Virus record (IMG/VR): IMGVR_UViG_3300032893_000045
Coordinates: 1 to 61,455 of that record
Reading direction: 5' to 3' (one strand)
From: a virus
Lineage: Duplodnaviria > Caudoviricetes
DNA length: 61,455 bases
Every line of letters begins with the position of its first letter. Position 1 is the first letter of the stretch. Under the pieces are notes generated by a model. It saw only the letters and a list, made by a program, of their open reading frames with translations. It was not told the DNA's origin and did no database searches. This document shows, one piece after another, positions 17,992 to 26,761 of this stretch. Position numbers and translations under genes: made by a program.

Positions 17992-18728
17992 GCGTCCGGA
18001 GTCCCTTTCGGGAAGCGCGCTAAGATCCTCGAGACGCTGCGGGTATGCCACCTGGACCCGCGGCACCGCACGCCCTGCCCGTTCAACACCTTGGCAATCG
18101 TCGGCGCCCGCAGCCCGCGCGAGGCCAGGTTCTCGATGAGCGCCAGCGTCCGCGCCTCGGCCGGATCCGGCTCCGTCCGGTAGCGCATCCGCCCGTCGCC
18201 GTCGCGTCCGGCCTCGCGCTTGGCGGAGCCGAACGGCGCCTCACCGCCCGCGTACTCGCCCCGGCGCCGCTTCACCGCCGCGGCCAGCGCCGTCCGAATC
18301 CCGATCATCGTGCGCTCGTAGTCGGCGACCGCATCAAGCAGCCGGCGGACGAGCTGGGCCTCGGGCGTGTTGCCGTTCGAGACGCCATCGGCCGCCGTGA
18401 GCTCGCCGCCGTTCTCCTTCACCGTTTGCTCGACGGCAGCAACCGCTACCGCATCGGCGCGGATGAAACGGTCCCGCTTCCAGACCAGGAGCCGGCCGGC
18501 GCCGAGCTCGCGCAGGTCACGAATCGCGCGCAGCAGCCGCGGCCGTTTCTCGATCGGCGTCGCGCCGGACACGCGCTCGACGCGCCAGCGCACGATGCGG
18601 ACTCCCTGCGTTCTGGCCCACGCGGCAATCTCGGCGCGCTGACCCTTCGGCCCGAGGTCTTGCTTGTTCGTGCTGACGCGGACGTAGGCGACCGCCCGCG
18701 CCAGGTCACCAGGTTTGCAGCGCCTCAC
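17988..18728 (-). CDS. Serine recombinase (resolvase/invertase catalytic domain plus short C-terminal DNA-binding region)
   Basis: AVAYVRVST..Q; ERVSGA..RPRL; LLVWKRDRF; GGEAPFG; IAKVLN..RW. Confidence 0.92.
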   Translation of the reverse strand: MRRCKPGDLARAVAYVRVSTNKQDLGPKGQRAEIAAWARTQGVRIVRWRVERVSGATPIEKRPRLLRAIRDLRELGAGRLLVWKRDRFIRADAVAVAAVEQTVKENGGELTAADGVSNGNTPEAQLVRRLLDAVADYERTMIGIRTALAAAVKRRRGEYAGGEAPFGSAKREAGRDGDGRMRYRTEPDPAEARTLALIENLASRGLRAPTIAKVLNGQGVRCRGSRWHTRSVSRILARFPKGTPDA

Positions 18729-18937
18729 CGCTCTATCGCGCGGCGGATGATCGTCGGTCGCGCCACCTCGTCTTCGCCCTCGCGCTCGCGCAACATGGAG
18801 CGCTTCTCAAGCTCGAAGTCCCCGCGCGCAACGAGGATGTTGAAGCTGCCGCGGACGTGGCCGCGAACGGTGGCGATGAATCCGGCGAGCGCCGCGCCGA
18901 CCAACAGCAACAGCCAGGCTCCGATCGTCTCGTTCAT
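18725..18937 (-). CDS. Small single-TM membrane protein
   Basis: N-terminal hydrophobic helix; AAAGGGA RBS; overlaps the recombinase start. Confidence 0.55.
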   Translation of the reverse strand: MNETIGAWLLLLVGAALAGFIATVRGHVRGSFNILVARGDFELEKRSMLREREGEDEVARPTIIRRAIER

Positions 18938-18967
18938 TGTGGAGTCCCTTTCGGAAAGTGCGGCAAG

Positions 18968-19384
18968 TTAGGGGTTGCAGACTCGGCACGCCTTGAACGC
19001 CTCCTCCGTTTCGTGCTCCTGCGGATCGCAGGTCTTGGGCCGCTCGACCCGCTTCGCGTGGACCAGCAGCGCCAGGTAGAGCGCGGCCGGCTTTCGGCTG
19101 GCGACCAGATGCGCCAGCGTCCGCGCGGCCTCGGCTGTCAGGCTATCCGGCAGGAACTGCAACACCGGGTTCTCCTCGTCGGTCCACTCGCCGGCGAAGG
19201 CCTCGCAGACGTCCGCGTGCTGCTCCCGGTAGAGCTTCGAGCCGCCACCGCCGCGCCGGCCCTGGCGCCGCGCCGCGTCCAACCAGTCATCCAACGTCCG
19301 GTTGAACATCGTGTTGATGTCGGTCCACTCGCCGCCGACCTTCGCCTGTACGGCCTTGATCGCCTCCGTGTAGTCCACGTTCAC
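18968..19384 (-). CDS. Hypothetical protein
   Basis: GGAGG RBS before GTG; C-terminal Cys/His cluster. Confidence 0.55.
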   Translation of the reverse strand: MNVDYTEAIKAVQAKVGGEWTDINTMFNRTLDDWLDAARRQGRRGGGGSKLYREQHADVCEAFAGEWTDEENPVLQFLPDSLTAEAARTLAHLVASRKPAALYLALLVHAKRVERPKTCDPQEHETEEAFKACRVCNP

Positions 19385-19434
19385 CACCTCCGACGGGCGG
19401 TCCTCCCGGGCCGCCCCCGCAGGCGCCGAACGGC

Positions 19435-20379
19435 CTACGCTTCGACCCTGCGCAACTCGGCCGGCAACGCCGCTTCCGGGCCGTACCAGCACCCGCCCGA
19501 CTTCGCCCAGCGGAACCCGGCCGCCTTCAACGCCGCGCGCACTTCCTCGACCGGCTTCGCGGGAAACACCACCTCGACGACGCCCGCGCGCCCGAGGCTT
19601 GACGCGCGCACCACGACACCTTCCGGGCGCGCGTCCAGGCCAACGCCGGCCAGTTCGGCGACCTTCACGGCCGTCGCCGCGGCTGCGCGCTCGATCCGGT
19701 CACACAGCGCGCCGACCTTCGCCGCCTGATTCGGCCGGTCGTTGCAGTCGGCGACAGAGTAAACGCCCGTCCCGCTGGCGACGACCACGCCGCCGCGCTC
19801 GACGTGCCAGGTGGCGCCGCGCGGATTCGCCTGGAACGTGGGCCACGGCTCGAGGTAGTGCTCGGTCTTCAGCAGGTGGCCGGCTCCGCTGCAACGGCGG
19901 CAGCGCTCGCGCCCGCGGAGCTCGGGCGGGTAGTCGTAGGTTTCGCCGTGGCCGCCGCCCCATCCTGAGCCGATGAACGGGATCGGCGACACGACGCCCG
20001 GCATCAGGGAAACCGCGCCCGTCCCCGCGTTGACCGAAGCGTGCCAGGCGCGCGGATCCTGCCGCGCCTTCTCGAGCGTCCATCCGTCCGGATCCGCCTG
20101 CGCGCCGTTGCAGCGCGGGCACACCTCGCCGGCCACGCGCCGCGTCATGGGGCAACCGCCCGAGCAACTCTTGACCGTGTACGGCGACACGTTGACGCAC
20201 ACCACGACGCCCGGCCGCTCCGGATGCGTGGCAATGCCGTCCCACGATTCCGGAGCGTAGTAGTCCGTCATCGGATCCGACTTGTCGTCGGTCCAGCCGA
20301 ACAGGGTCCAGCCGCGGCGCCGCAGCTCGGCACCGACCAGAGCTGTCCCCTCGCGCTTGTCCGTCCAATGCACCGCCAT
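19435..20379 (-). CDS. Early protein resembling polyvalent-protein-associated domains, with Zn-finger insert
   Basis: GW.LFGW..DKSDPMTDYY.P.SWDGIA; CPRC..CRRC; C-terminal FPAKP.EEVRAALKAAGFRW..CWY as seen in DUF3560-type proteins. Confidence 0.65.
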   Translation of the reverse strand: MAVHWTDKREGTALVGAELRRRGWTLFGWTDDKSDPMTDYYAPESWDGIATHPERPGVVVCVNVSPYTVKSCSGGCPMTRRVAGEVCPRCNGAQADPDGWTLEKARQDPRAWHASVNAGTGAVSLMPGVVSPIPFIGSGWGGGHGETYDYPPELRGRERCRRCSGAGHLLKTEHYLEPWPTFQANPRGATWHVERGGVVVASGTGVYSVADCNDRPNQAAKVGALCDRIERAAAATAVKVAELAGVGLDARPEGVVVRASSLGRAGVVEVVFPAKPVEEVRAALKAAGFRWAKSGGCWYGPEAALPAELRRVEA

Positions 20380-20488
20380 GCTCACCACCTCCGTCCGAAG
20401 AACACCGCCCACGCTTCGCGCGACGCCGGATCCGTCAGGATCACGAGCGCCGCGACCACGACCGCGCCCGACAGCCAGGCCGCCAGCA

Positions 20489-20752
20489 TCACGAGATCAC
20501 CGTAACGCCCAGGCCGCGGCCGGCGCCCGAGCCCATGACCGCCACCATCGACGCCGCGAGCGGCACCGGACGGCCGCCCACGAGATAGACCGTCCCCGCC
20601 GGGATCAGAACCTCGTCGCCCTGACCCATGAAGGACGAAACCGGCTCCTCGGCGATCAGAAACGCGCCCGCCTCGTCGCGGTCCGCGCCGACCGTCGCCA
20701 GGTAGTTCAGCAGGACCGCCTCCGGTCCGATCCAGCCAGCACCCACGCTCAT
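20489..20752 (-). CDS. Hypothetical protein, 87 aa
   Basis: GAAGGGGG RBS. Confidence 0.55.
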   Translation of the reverse strand: MSVGAGWIGPEAVLLNYLATVGADRDEAGAFLIAEEPVSSFMGQGDEVLIPAGTVYLVGGRPVPLAASMVAVMGSGAGRGLGVTVIS

Positions 20753-20833
20753 AACGTCCCCCTTCCAGCCGGCGCCCGCCGGCTCAGGTTGCCCGGCCCG
20801 ATGCGCGCAGCCGGGCGAACTGAACCGCCGAAC

Positions 20834-21199
20834 CTACGCCACGCCGTGCGCCCGCGCGCCGTCCTCCATCGCCGCGTGCAACGAAGCGAAGCGCCCGTCC
20901 TCGGCCGCGACGTCCAGGCGCCGGCGGTACTCGTCGAGGATCCAGACCTTCACGCGCTTGGCGTCCGCCGCGATGCCCTCGGCCGAGCGCAGGAAGTCGA
21001 AGAAGCGCCGCTCCGTCCCCGCCCCGAACGCCCGCGACGGGAAGGTCACATAGAATTCGCCCTCCGGCGAGCGCCAGATCGAGAAGCCGACGAGCTTCAT
21101 GCCGGCGAGCGGACCGGACTCCGACTCGAAGATGATCTCCGCCTCGCAGGCCAACCGCTCCGGACCATTCTCCCGTTCCACGAACATCACGCGCATCAT
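20834..21199 (-). CDS. SpoVG-like nucleic-acid-binding protein
   Basis: EAEIIF..MKLVGFSIWRSPEGEFYVTFPSR..FFDF follows the SpoVG pattern. Confidence 0.65.
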   Translation of the reverse strand: MMRVMFVERENGPERLACEAEIIFESESGPLAGMKLVGFSIWRSPEGEFYVTFPSRAFGAGTERRFFDFLRSAEGIAADAKRVKVWILDEYRRRLDVAAEDGRFASLHAAMEDGARAHGVA

Positions 21200-21279
21200 G
21201 TCCTGCCTTTCCGAGCCTTAGCGCCGGCTCAGGTCCGCCCGCGAACGGCCGCGCCGCTCGCGGGACACAACCTCAACCG

Positions 21280-21624
21280 CTACGCTCGCCGCCAGTCGCA
21301 CGCCGCCAGGACGCGCGGTCGTTCGCCCCGGCGCGCCAAGCCGACCCCCGCTAGGACGGAGCCGCAGTCCGAACACCGGAACCCGTCTTCGCCCGCTCGC
21401 GGGTCGCCGAGGTTCCGCGCCGCGAGGCTCCGGAGCGGATAGCCGGAACCGTGCGGACAGGCCGCCGCAGCGCCGCCCAGGTCGCCGGCCGCCAGGAGCC
21501 GGCGCGACTGCCGCAGCCGGCGCCCGTACTCGCGCCCGGCCGCCTCGAAGTCCGCTTGCTCTAGGTCGGCGTCCATCCGTTCGGCCTCGAGCGCTTCCGC
21601 GTCGAACCATCCCCCGCCGCTCAC
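21280..21624 (-). CDS. Hypothetical Zn-binding protein
   Basis: CPH..CSDC; GTGA coupling. Confidence 0.5.
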   Translation of the reverse strand: MSGGGWFDAEALEAERMDADLEQADFEAAGREYGRRLRQSRRLLAAGDLGGAAAACPHGSGYPLRSLAARNLGDPRAGEDGFRCSDCGSVLAGVGLARRGERPRVLAACDWRRA

Positions 21625-22013
21625 AGGACGATCCCGTTGAAAACGACGCCCTGCCACGACAGCCGCCAATGCGACGTCACGAGCCGCCCGCTCTCGTGGT
21701 ACGCGCGCCGATACGCCCGGAACAAGACCGCGAGCTTTTCCCGGCTCAGGTCGCGCCACCATCCCGACTCTGCCTCGGCCCGGAGCCCGACGTTGAGCGC
21801 CGCGATCCGCGGCAACTCACCGCGCGCGACCTGACAGCCCGTGTGTACGCAGTCCACCGGCCCCGCCCAGGTCGGGAACGCGCACGCGCAGCCGCAGCCG
21901 ATCAGCGCAAGCTGCTGTTTGTCGCCCTCGTCGAGCGCAAACCAATCCGACTCCGTGCCAGGAAACCAGCCGGCCGCGCGAATCCGATCGTTCATCGTTT
22001 CCCGTTCGCGCAT
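21621..22013 (-). CDS. Hypothetical Cys-rich protein
   Basis: CGCAC..CVHTGC; coupled to both neighbours. Confidence 0.55.
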   Translation of the reverse strand: MRERETMNDRIRAAGWFPGTESDWFALDEGDKQQLALIGCGCACAFPTWAGPVDCVHTGCQVARGELPRIAALNVGLRAEAESGWWRDLSREKLAVLFRAYRRAYHESGRLVTSHWRLSWQGVVFNGIVL

Positions 22014-22228
22014 CAGAAGCAGCCCTCCTCGGCATCGGCGCAACGGTCGCACTGGTAGCCGCGCGCCTTGTCCGCCGCCGTCAGTCGGTTCGCCGCGCCG
22101 CACGTCGGGCACGGGTAGATCCGCGGATTCCGCCGCGTCGCGCGCCTGAGCGCCGAACGGCCGCCGGGATCCGCAAACGTCCGCACGCCAGGATCGAACG
22201 TGTTGCCGTAGTCGTATTGCCGCTCCAT
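22013..22228 (-). CDS. Small Zn-ribbon protein, 71 aa
   Basis: CPTC..CDRC; GAGGGG RBS. Confidence 0.7.
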   Translation of the reverse strand: MERQYDYGNTFDPGVRTFADPGGRSALRRATRRNPRIYPCPTCGAANRLTAADKARGYQCDRCADAEEGCF

Positions 22229-22282
22229 GTCAGATCACCCCTCTGTTTTTCAACGACACCCAACGCCCCGAACCGTCGCCCG

Positions 22283-22552
22283 TTACCAGGTGGTCGAGCA
22301 CCTCGCCGGCATCGCCTCGATCCAACTGGAGAGCGCTTCCGCCAGCGCCGCCTGCGCTTCGTCTTCGTACACGTACACCGCGGCGCCGGCCGCAACGTGT
22401 CGCCCGGACTCGAGCGGCGCCGGCTCGTTCGCCTCGAGCAACCGCACCGCCTCATTCCAGGCATCGACCGGATGCCCGCAGCACTCCGGACGCATACAGC
22501 GGTCCGGGTCGCCCGTCCGGTGGTTGATCGCCGACAGCCGGGCGCCGCTCAC
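22283..22552 (-). CDS. Hypothetical protein, 89 aa
   Basis: GTGA coupling to the upstream gene. Confidence 0.5.
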   Translation of the reverse strand: MSGARLSAINHRTGDPDRCMRPECCGHPVDAWNEAVRLLEANEPAPLESGRHVAAGAAVYVYEDEAQAALAEALSSWIEAMPARCSTTW

Positions 22553-22785
22553 CGATCGCCCCGCTCGGCCTCATCCGCCATCTCCCGCGCGCAGCCGTCG
22601 CAGATCGTCTGCGTCCGCGACGCCGTGCCGCGCTCGCACTCGGAGCAAACGCCGCCGTCGTCGTCCTCGGCCACGCTCGCCGCACACTCGACCGCCGCCG
22701 ACCGAGAGAAAAACCCGCCCTCGACTAGACGGCCGCCAACGAACACGCCCCAGGTCCGACCCGTCCGCTTGACTTGAGCGGCCAT
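22549..22785 (-). CDS. First gene of the putative early operon; small Zn-finger protein
   Basis: GGAGGTG RBS; CSEC..CDGC. Confidence 0.65.
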   Translation of the reverse strand: MAAQVKRTGRTWGVFVGGRLVEGGFFSRSAAVECAASVAEDDDGGVCSECERGTASRTQTICDGCAREMADEAERGDR

Positions 22786-22826
22786 GCTCACCTCCGATGG
22801 ACAGTCCACCGACATCACGGCAAGCG

Positions 22827-22854
22827 AATCTAGGCAAGCCCGCGCGCGTGTCAA
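22827..22854 (-). promoter_or_regulatory. Sigma70-type promoter TTGACA-N16-TAGATT driving the small-gene cluster
   Basis: Read directly; lies about 40 nt upstream of the 22785 start. Confidence 0.7.
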
Positions 22855-22859
22855 TAGGC

Positions 22860-23760
22860 GCGCGGCAGAAACCCGCCAAACCTCTGAGCCATCGGCGAAT
22901 TCTCCCGCCGCTCCTGACTCGAGTCCGCGGCGCCGCTCGACCGCGGCTGTTACCGTTCGACACACGACCCAGGACACTAACCCTGCGGACTTCGTGTCCC
23001 CTGACGCGAACCCCCCCCGACTTCGTGTCAGGGGTCGCCGAACATTCCGAACGCCCAAGAAGGCCGCACAGCCCCGCGGCGCCTCGAGTCCGACCGCCAG
23101 GCCGTCGGCAGCTCGCCGAGCCCGAGCCCGCCCCGCCGCGGCAGCGCCAGGCGGATCCGCGCGCCCGGTCGCCGACCCTCGGAGCCGGCACACAGCCAGG
23201 TCAAAGAGAGCAGACTCCCCGGTCCTCTGTCCGTTCACGTCCGCCAGGCCGCGCCGGCGTCCAGATCTCAGACTCCGCCGCGCTCCTGCGCGACACCGCG
23301 CGGCCGTCCAGATCTCAGACAAACGCCCCGCCGCCGCGGCAGGACGCGAACGAACGCCCAGGCCACCGCTCCCGCCGGCGTCCGACGAAACGAGGATCGG
23401 GGCGCACACGCCGCGCCCGGCCGGCGAACGAACGCCCGCGCCGCGGCGCCTCGACCTCGGAGCTCGGCCCGGCCAGCGGGCAGGGATCCAGGCCACCCGG
23501 CCCGGCCCGGCGTCCGAAGGTGGACGGCGCGAACCCGCCGTCTAGTGGGGAGCCGCTACTGCTCAGCTACTTAGAGCAGCCGTCCCTCCTCCGCCGCCGC
23601 CTGACCGCCCGCCCCGCGCGCCCGCGCCGCGGCCCCGGGCCGGGGCATCGGTTCCCCGGCGGGGGGTCCGGACCTTTTCGCGCCCCCCCCCCACCCCTCA
23701 ATCGGGGCATCCGTTCAGTCAGGCGCGCGGAGGGGCAGGTTGAGGCGTGGGCGGGGAAGG
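22860..23760. other. ~900-bp non-coding, repeat-rich region (candidate genome end, pac site or origin)
   Basis: Only low-complexity ORFs. 16-bp repeats at 23258 and 23305; 14-bp repeats at 23346 and 23424; hairpin at 22998-23034; C-rich to G-rich switch near 23700. Confidence 0.55.
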
Positions 23761-23763
23761 TTC

Positions 23764-24021
23764 TTAGAGGAGGGGTCCGAAGAACTCGTTGACGAGCATC
23801 TTCTTGACCAGGGCGTCGACGGTGATCCAGTCGAGTTTCGGCTCCTCGAGAGACCACTGGGGGACGGTTCCGACCTCGAGGTGCACGGCGCGGCGGAGGG
23901 CCGAGCGGCAGAAGGGGCAGGGGCCCGGTTGGGCGGGTTCGCCGATGAAGTGTGGGAGCGGCTCGCCGACGTGTCCGAGGGTGGCGCAGTCCTCCCACCA
24001 AGGGGTCGCGCGGGCTCTCAC
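23764..24021 (-). CDS. Hypothetical protein, 85 aa
   Basis: Coupled ORF; C..H..CPFC. Confidence 0.5.
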   Translation of the reverse strand: MRARATPWWEDCATLGHVGEPLPHFIGEPAQPGPCPFCRSALRRAVHLEVGTVPQWSLEEPKLDWITVDALVKKMLVNEFFGPLL

Positions 24022-24335
24022 GGGAGGGTTTCTCCTGGGGCGATGGTGGGGGCGGTGCCGGATAGGAGGGCGTCGGCGAAGCTCTCAAGGAGGGCGTCGA
24101 CGCGCTCGTGGATGGGTGTGCGCGTGAGGCCGATCTTAAGCTGGCAGTAGGGGTAGCGGCCGTCGGGGCGCTGGCGGGCGTAGGCGTAGGCGACGTAGGC
24201 GGTGATGAAGGCGCGCTCGCGGGGACCGATCTGGAGGATCTCGTCGTCGCTGAGCCAGTGGACGTCGGCGAGTTCAGGGCGGCGCTCTTGGGCAGCCGCC
24301 AGGCGTTCGCGGAGGATGTCTCCGAAGTCGAGCAC
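24018..24335 (-). CDS. Hypothetical protein, 105 aa
   Basis: GGAGG RBS. Confidence 0.55.
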   Translation of the reverse strand: MLDFGDILRERLAAAQERRPELADVHWLSDDEILQIGPRERAFITAYVAYAYARQRPDGRYPYCQLKIGLTRTPIHERVDALLESFADALLSGTAPTIAPGETLP

Positions 24336-24875
24336 CTACGCCTCCTTGAGCTTGCCGGCTCTGGCGAGCAGGACGATGAGGTGGCAGACGGCGACGAGGG
24401 GGTGCGGGCCGCCGCCCCAGCGCGCGCACTCCGGGGGCCGGAGGTCGCCGCAGCCCTGCCACGCCTCCCACCATCCGGGTGTCCGGGGGTGTGGGGCAAC
24501 GGCGATGCCGTGCTTCTCGATCAGCGGGCCCGTGGCAGACCAGTCGTGCTCGTAGTCGCGCGGGTCGACGGTCAGGACCCGGGTGCCATCGTCGAAGGCG
24601 ATGCTGGCGCCGTCGAAGACCGCTCGGCGGGTGTCGTCGTCCAACGTCGGCGGCACGGTTCCGAGGTCGATCGACCAGGCCCCCGTGCCGTCCGGACGCA
24701 GGCCGCGGCGAGCGAGGGAGTCGGACGTGACCGGCGCGTGGGGGAAGTGCCAAGCGATCAGCTTCGAGCCCAGCGCCTCCGCCACCTGGACGTGGAGCGG
24801 CGTGGCACCTGTGTCACCGCCGGACTCGTCTCCTCGCGCCTTGGACCCGCCGGTGCCCCGCAAGGTCGGTGCCAT
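24336..24875 (-). CDS. Hypothetical protein with NinX-like C-terminal motif
   Basis: DYEHDWSATGPLIEKHGI..GPHPLVAVCH resembles NinX-family motifs. Confidence 0.55.
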   Translation of the reverse strand: MAPTLRGTGGSKARGDESGGDTGATPLHVQVAEALGSKLIAWHFPHAPVTSDSLARRGLRPDGTGAWSIDLGTVPPTLDDDTRRAVFDGASIAFDDGTRVLTVDPRDYEHDWSATGPLIEKHGIAVAPHPRTPGWWEAWQGCGDLRPPECARWGGGPHPLVAVCHLIVLLARAGKLKEA

Positions 24876-24877
24876 TG

Positions 24878-25216
24878 CTACTTGCCTTCGAGGGCGATCG
24901 CTGCGGACGCCCACATCTTCGCCTCGCGGGCGCGGGAGATGGCGGTGGAGCGCTCGGGGCCCGGGGGCGCGTTCGTGACGATGGCGTGGAGGAACGCGGC
25001 GAGCGACGCCGAGAGGTTCGCGTGGCGGGCCACCTGGTCGCCTTCGGGCTTCTGGTACGTGGCGATGGTGGCGCAGGCGGACAGCAGCTCGGAGCCGGAG
25101 CAGGCGGTGGGGTTGAACTGGAGCGTCTGGAGCGCGCCGCGGCTGGCCGGCGGGATGCCGAGCGTCTTCGGCTGCTCGGTGGCGCCGAGCGGGTACTGGT
25201 CTTGTGGCGTGTTCAT
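24878..25216 (-). CDS. Acb2/Tad1-like helical-hairpin protein (candidate immune-signal sponge)
   Basis: TYQKP..Q..RH..PPGPERSTAISRAREAKMWASAAIA; AAGGAG RBS. Confidence 0.65.
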   Translation of the reverse strand: MNTPQDQYPLGATEQPKTLGIPPASRGALQTLQFNPTACSGSELLSACATIATYQKPEGDQVARHANLSASLAAFLHAIVTNAPPGPERSTAISRAREAKMWASAAIALEGK

Positions 25217-25449
25217 CGTTTCTCTCCTTCGTCGAGGATCCTCTCGACCTTGAGCCACTGGCCCGGGGCGTAGGCGCGGACGTAGCCGGAGATTCCGTCC
25301 TGGGAGAGCAGGAGGACGCCGTGGTGGTAGTTGATCTCGCCGACGAACTCCTCCTCTCTGTGCTTCTCCAGGATCAGTTCTCCGGTGACGGGATTGACTA
25401 CCCGTTCCATCGGGCCGAACGCAATCTTCCAGCGGCGGCTCTCGCTCAT
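25213..25449 (-). CDS. Hypothetical protein
   Basis: GGAGGAG RBS; ATGA coupling. Confidence 0.55.
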   Translation of the reverse strand: MSESRRWKIAFGPMERVVNPVTGELILEKHREEEFVGEINYHHGVLLLSQDGISGYVRAYAPGQWLKVERILDEGEKR

Positions 25450-25676
25450 GGCTCCTCCGGTAGCGGCTCGATCTTCTCGTCGAACAGGTGGGCTTTGATG
25501 TCGGCGACGACGGCTTGCGTCTCGAGGGACACCCGCTGAAGGGCGTCGTACTTCTGCCTGAAGACGGCCTCGCACTTCGGGCAGAAGAAGAGGACGCCTT
25601 CGGGCAGCGGGTTCTTGCATCCGGCGCAGAGAGGCGGCTCCGGCGGCCGCTTCAGCGGGTAGTAGCGCTCAGACAT
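25446..25676 (-). CDS. Small Zn-ribbon protein
   Basis: CAGC..FCPKC. Confidence 0.6.
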   Translation of the reverse strand: MSERYYPLKRPPEPPLCAGCKNPLPEGVLFFCPKCEAVFRQKYDALQRVSLETQAVVADIKAHLFDEKIEPLPEEP

Positions 25677-25682
25677 GGCGGG

Positions 25683-25982
25683 TCAGAGCGCGATGCTCGC
25701 GATGAGGTAGTCCACGGCGGAGTCGCAGTCAACTAAACGGTTCCGGGCCTCGCGCACGGCCGTCCCCACCCTACAGGAGGCAGGTGGCTCCTGTACCGGG
25801 CTTTCGGATTTCTGCGGGATGTCCGTCCGTCGGATCGGATCCAGCCTCTCCGAGAGTGCCTGGATCCTCTTCTCGAGCATGGCGAGCACGGACCCAAGGG
25901 CCTCGAACTCGGCCTGAACGGAAGAGGGGTCGATGGTCCTTTCTCCTCCCGTCAATTGCGGCTCGATGCGATTCATCACCAT
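25683..25982 (-). CDS. Small coiled-coil protein
   Basis: GAGG RBS; heptad pattern. Confidence 0.55.
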   Translation of the reverse strand: MVMNRIEPQLTGGERTIDPSSVQAEFEALGSVLAMLEKRIQALSERLDPIRRTDIPQKSESPVQEPPASCRVGTAVREARNRLVDCDSAVDYLIASIAL

Positions 25983-25997
25983 CTCTGGCCTCTCTTT

Positions 25998-26423
25998 CTA
26001 CTTCCCCTTGTCAGGCGCCGCTTCCTTCTCGATCACGGCGAGCTTCTCCTCGGCCGCGGCGGCGCGCTCGACCGCCAGGGCGAGCTCGGCCTCGGCCTGG
26101 TCCGCCCGTTGGTTCTCCTTGTCCGCGGTCAGCTTCCACTTCTGGACCTCATCGGTGAGGTCTAGGTTCGCCTTCATCAGGTCGTCGCGCGTCGGGACGG
26201 GCTCGGGCGCGAAGATCAAGGCGAAGTCCTCGTTGCGGTAGACCATGAGGGCGCCGGACGAGTTGACGATCCAGTCGCCTTCGCGGATCCCGACGCGGCC
26301 TGCCTTCGTGAGCACGGAGGCGGCCTCGCCGTCGCAGGGGATGTCCTCGACGCCGGGGACCGTGTCTCCGCGGTGGTACTGCGCGGCCTCGACTGCGGCC
26401 GCTTTCCGGATGAACCTGTCCAT
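25998..26423 (-). CDS. Conserved phage protein (RKKPVVIEA/PGDYG-like) with C-terminal coiled coil
   Basis: FIRK..VEAAQY..TKAG..EGDWIV..F..IF. Confidence 0.6.
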   Translation of the reverse strand: MDRFIRKAAAVEAAQYHRGDTVPGVEDIPCDGEAASVLTKAGRVGIREGDWIVNSSGALMVYRNEDFALIFAPEPVPTRDDLMKANLDLTDEVQKWKLTADKENQRADQAEAELALAVERAAAAEEKLAVIEKEAAPDKGK

Positions 26424-26761
26424 CACTCCCGTCCTTTCTCCGATGGCATCCACGGATGACGCCGCGGAGGCCAGACCGTTCGGGTCGACTGGTTGCGGTT
26501 GCACGGCGCGCAGAGCGGCATGAGGTTGGCGAGCGTGTCCTCGCCTCCGTGCGCGATCGACTGGACGTGGCCGCGCTCTTCCCAGTACCGGCCGCATCCC
26601 ATCGCGCAGCGGTAGCCGTAGAACTCGATGACCGCCTGCCAGCCGTCGGGGTCGACGAAGCCGGCGGCTTTCGCCAGGCGGCGCTTCGCGCCGAGCGTCC
26701 GCGAGCGGCGGATCCGCTGGCGCGGCTTGCGGCTGCGGCGTGGAGGTTTCTCGAGGATCAT
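26423..26761 (-). CDS. HNH endonuclease
   Basis: CAMGC..HVQSIAHGG..NLMPLCAPCN. Confidence 0.85.
   Translation of the reverse strand: MILEKPPRRSRKPRQRIRRSRTLGAKRRLAKAAGFVDPDGWQAVIEFYGYRCAMGCGRYWEERGHVQSIAHGGEDTLANLMPLCAPCNRNQSTRTVWPPRRHPWMPSEKGRE

Noticed and set aside
23258-23520. CRISPR array
   Set aside because: Repeats are 10-16 bp, occur only in pairs with irregular spacing, and no cas genes are present.
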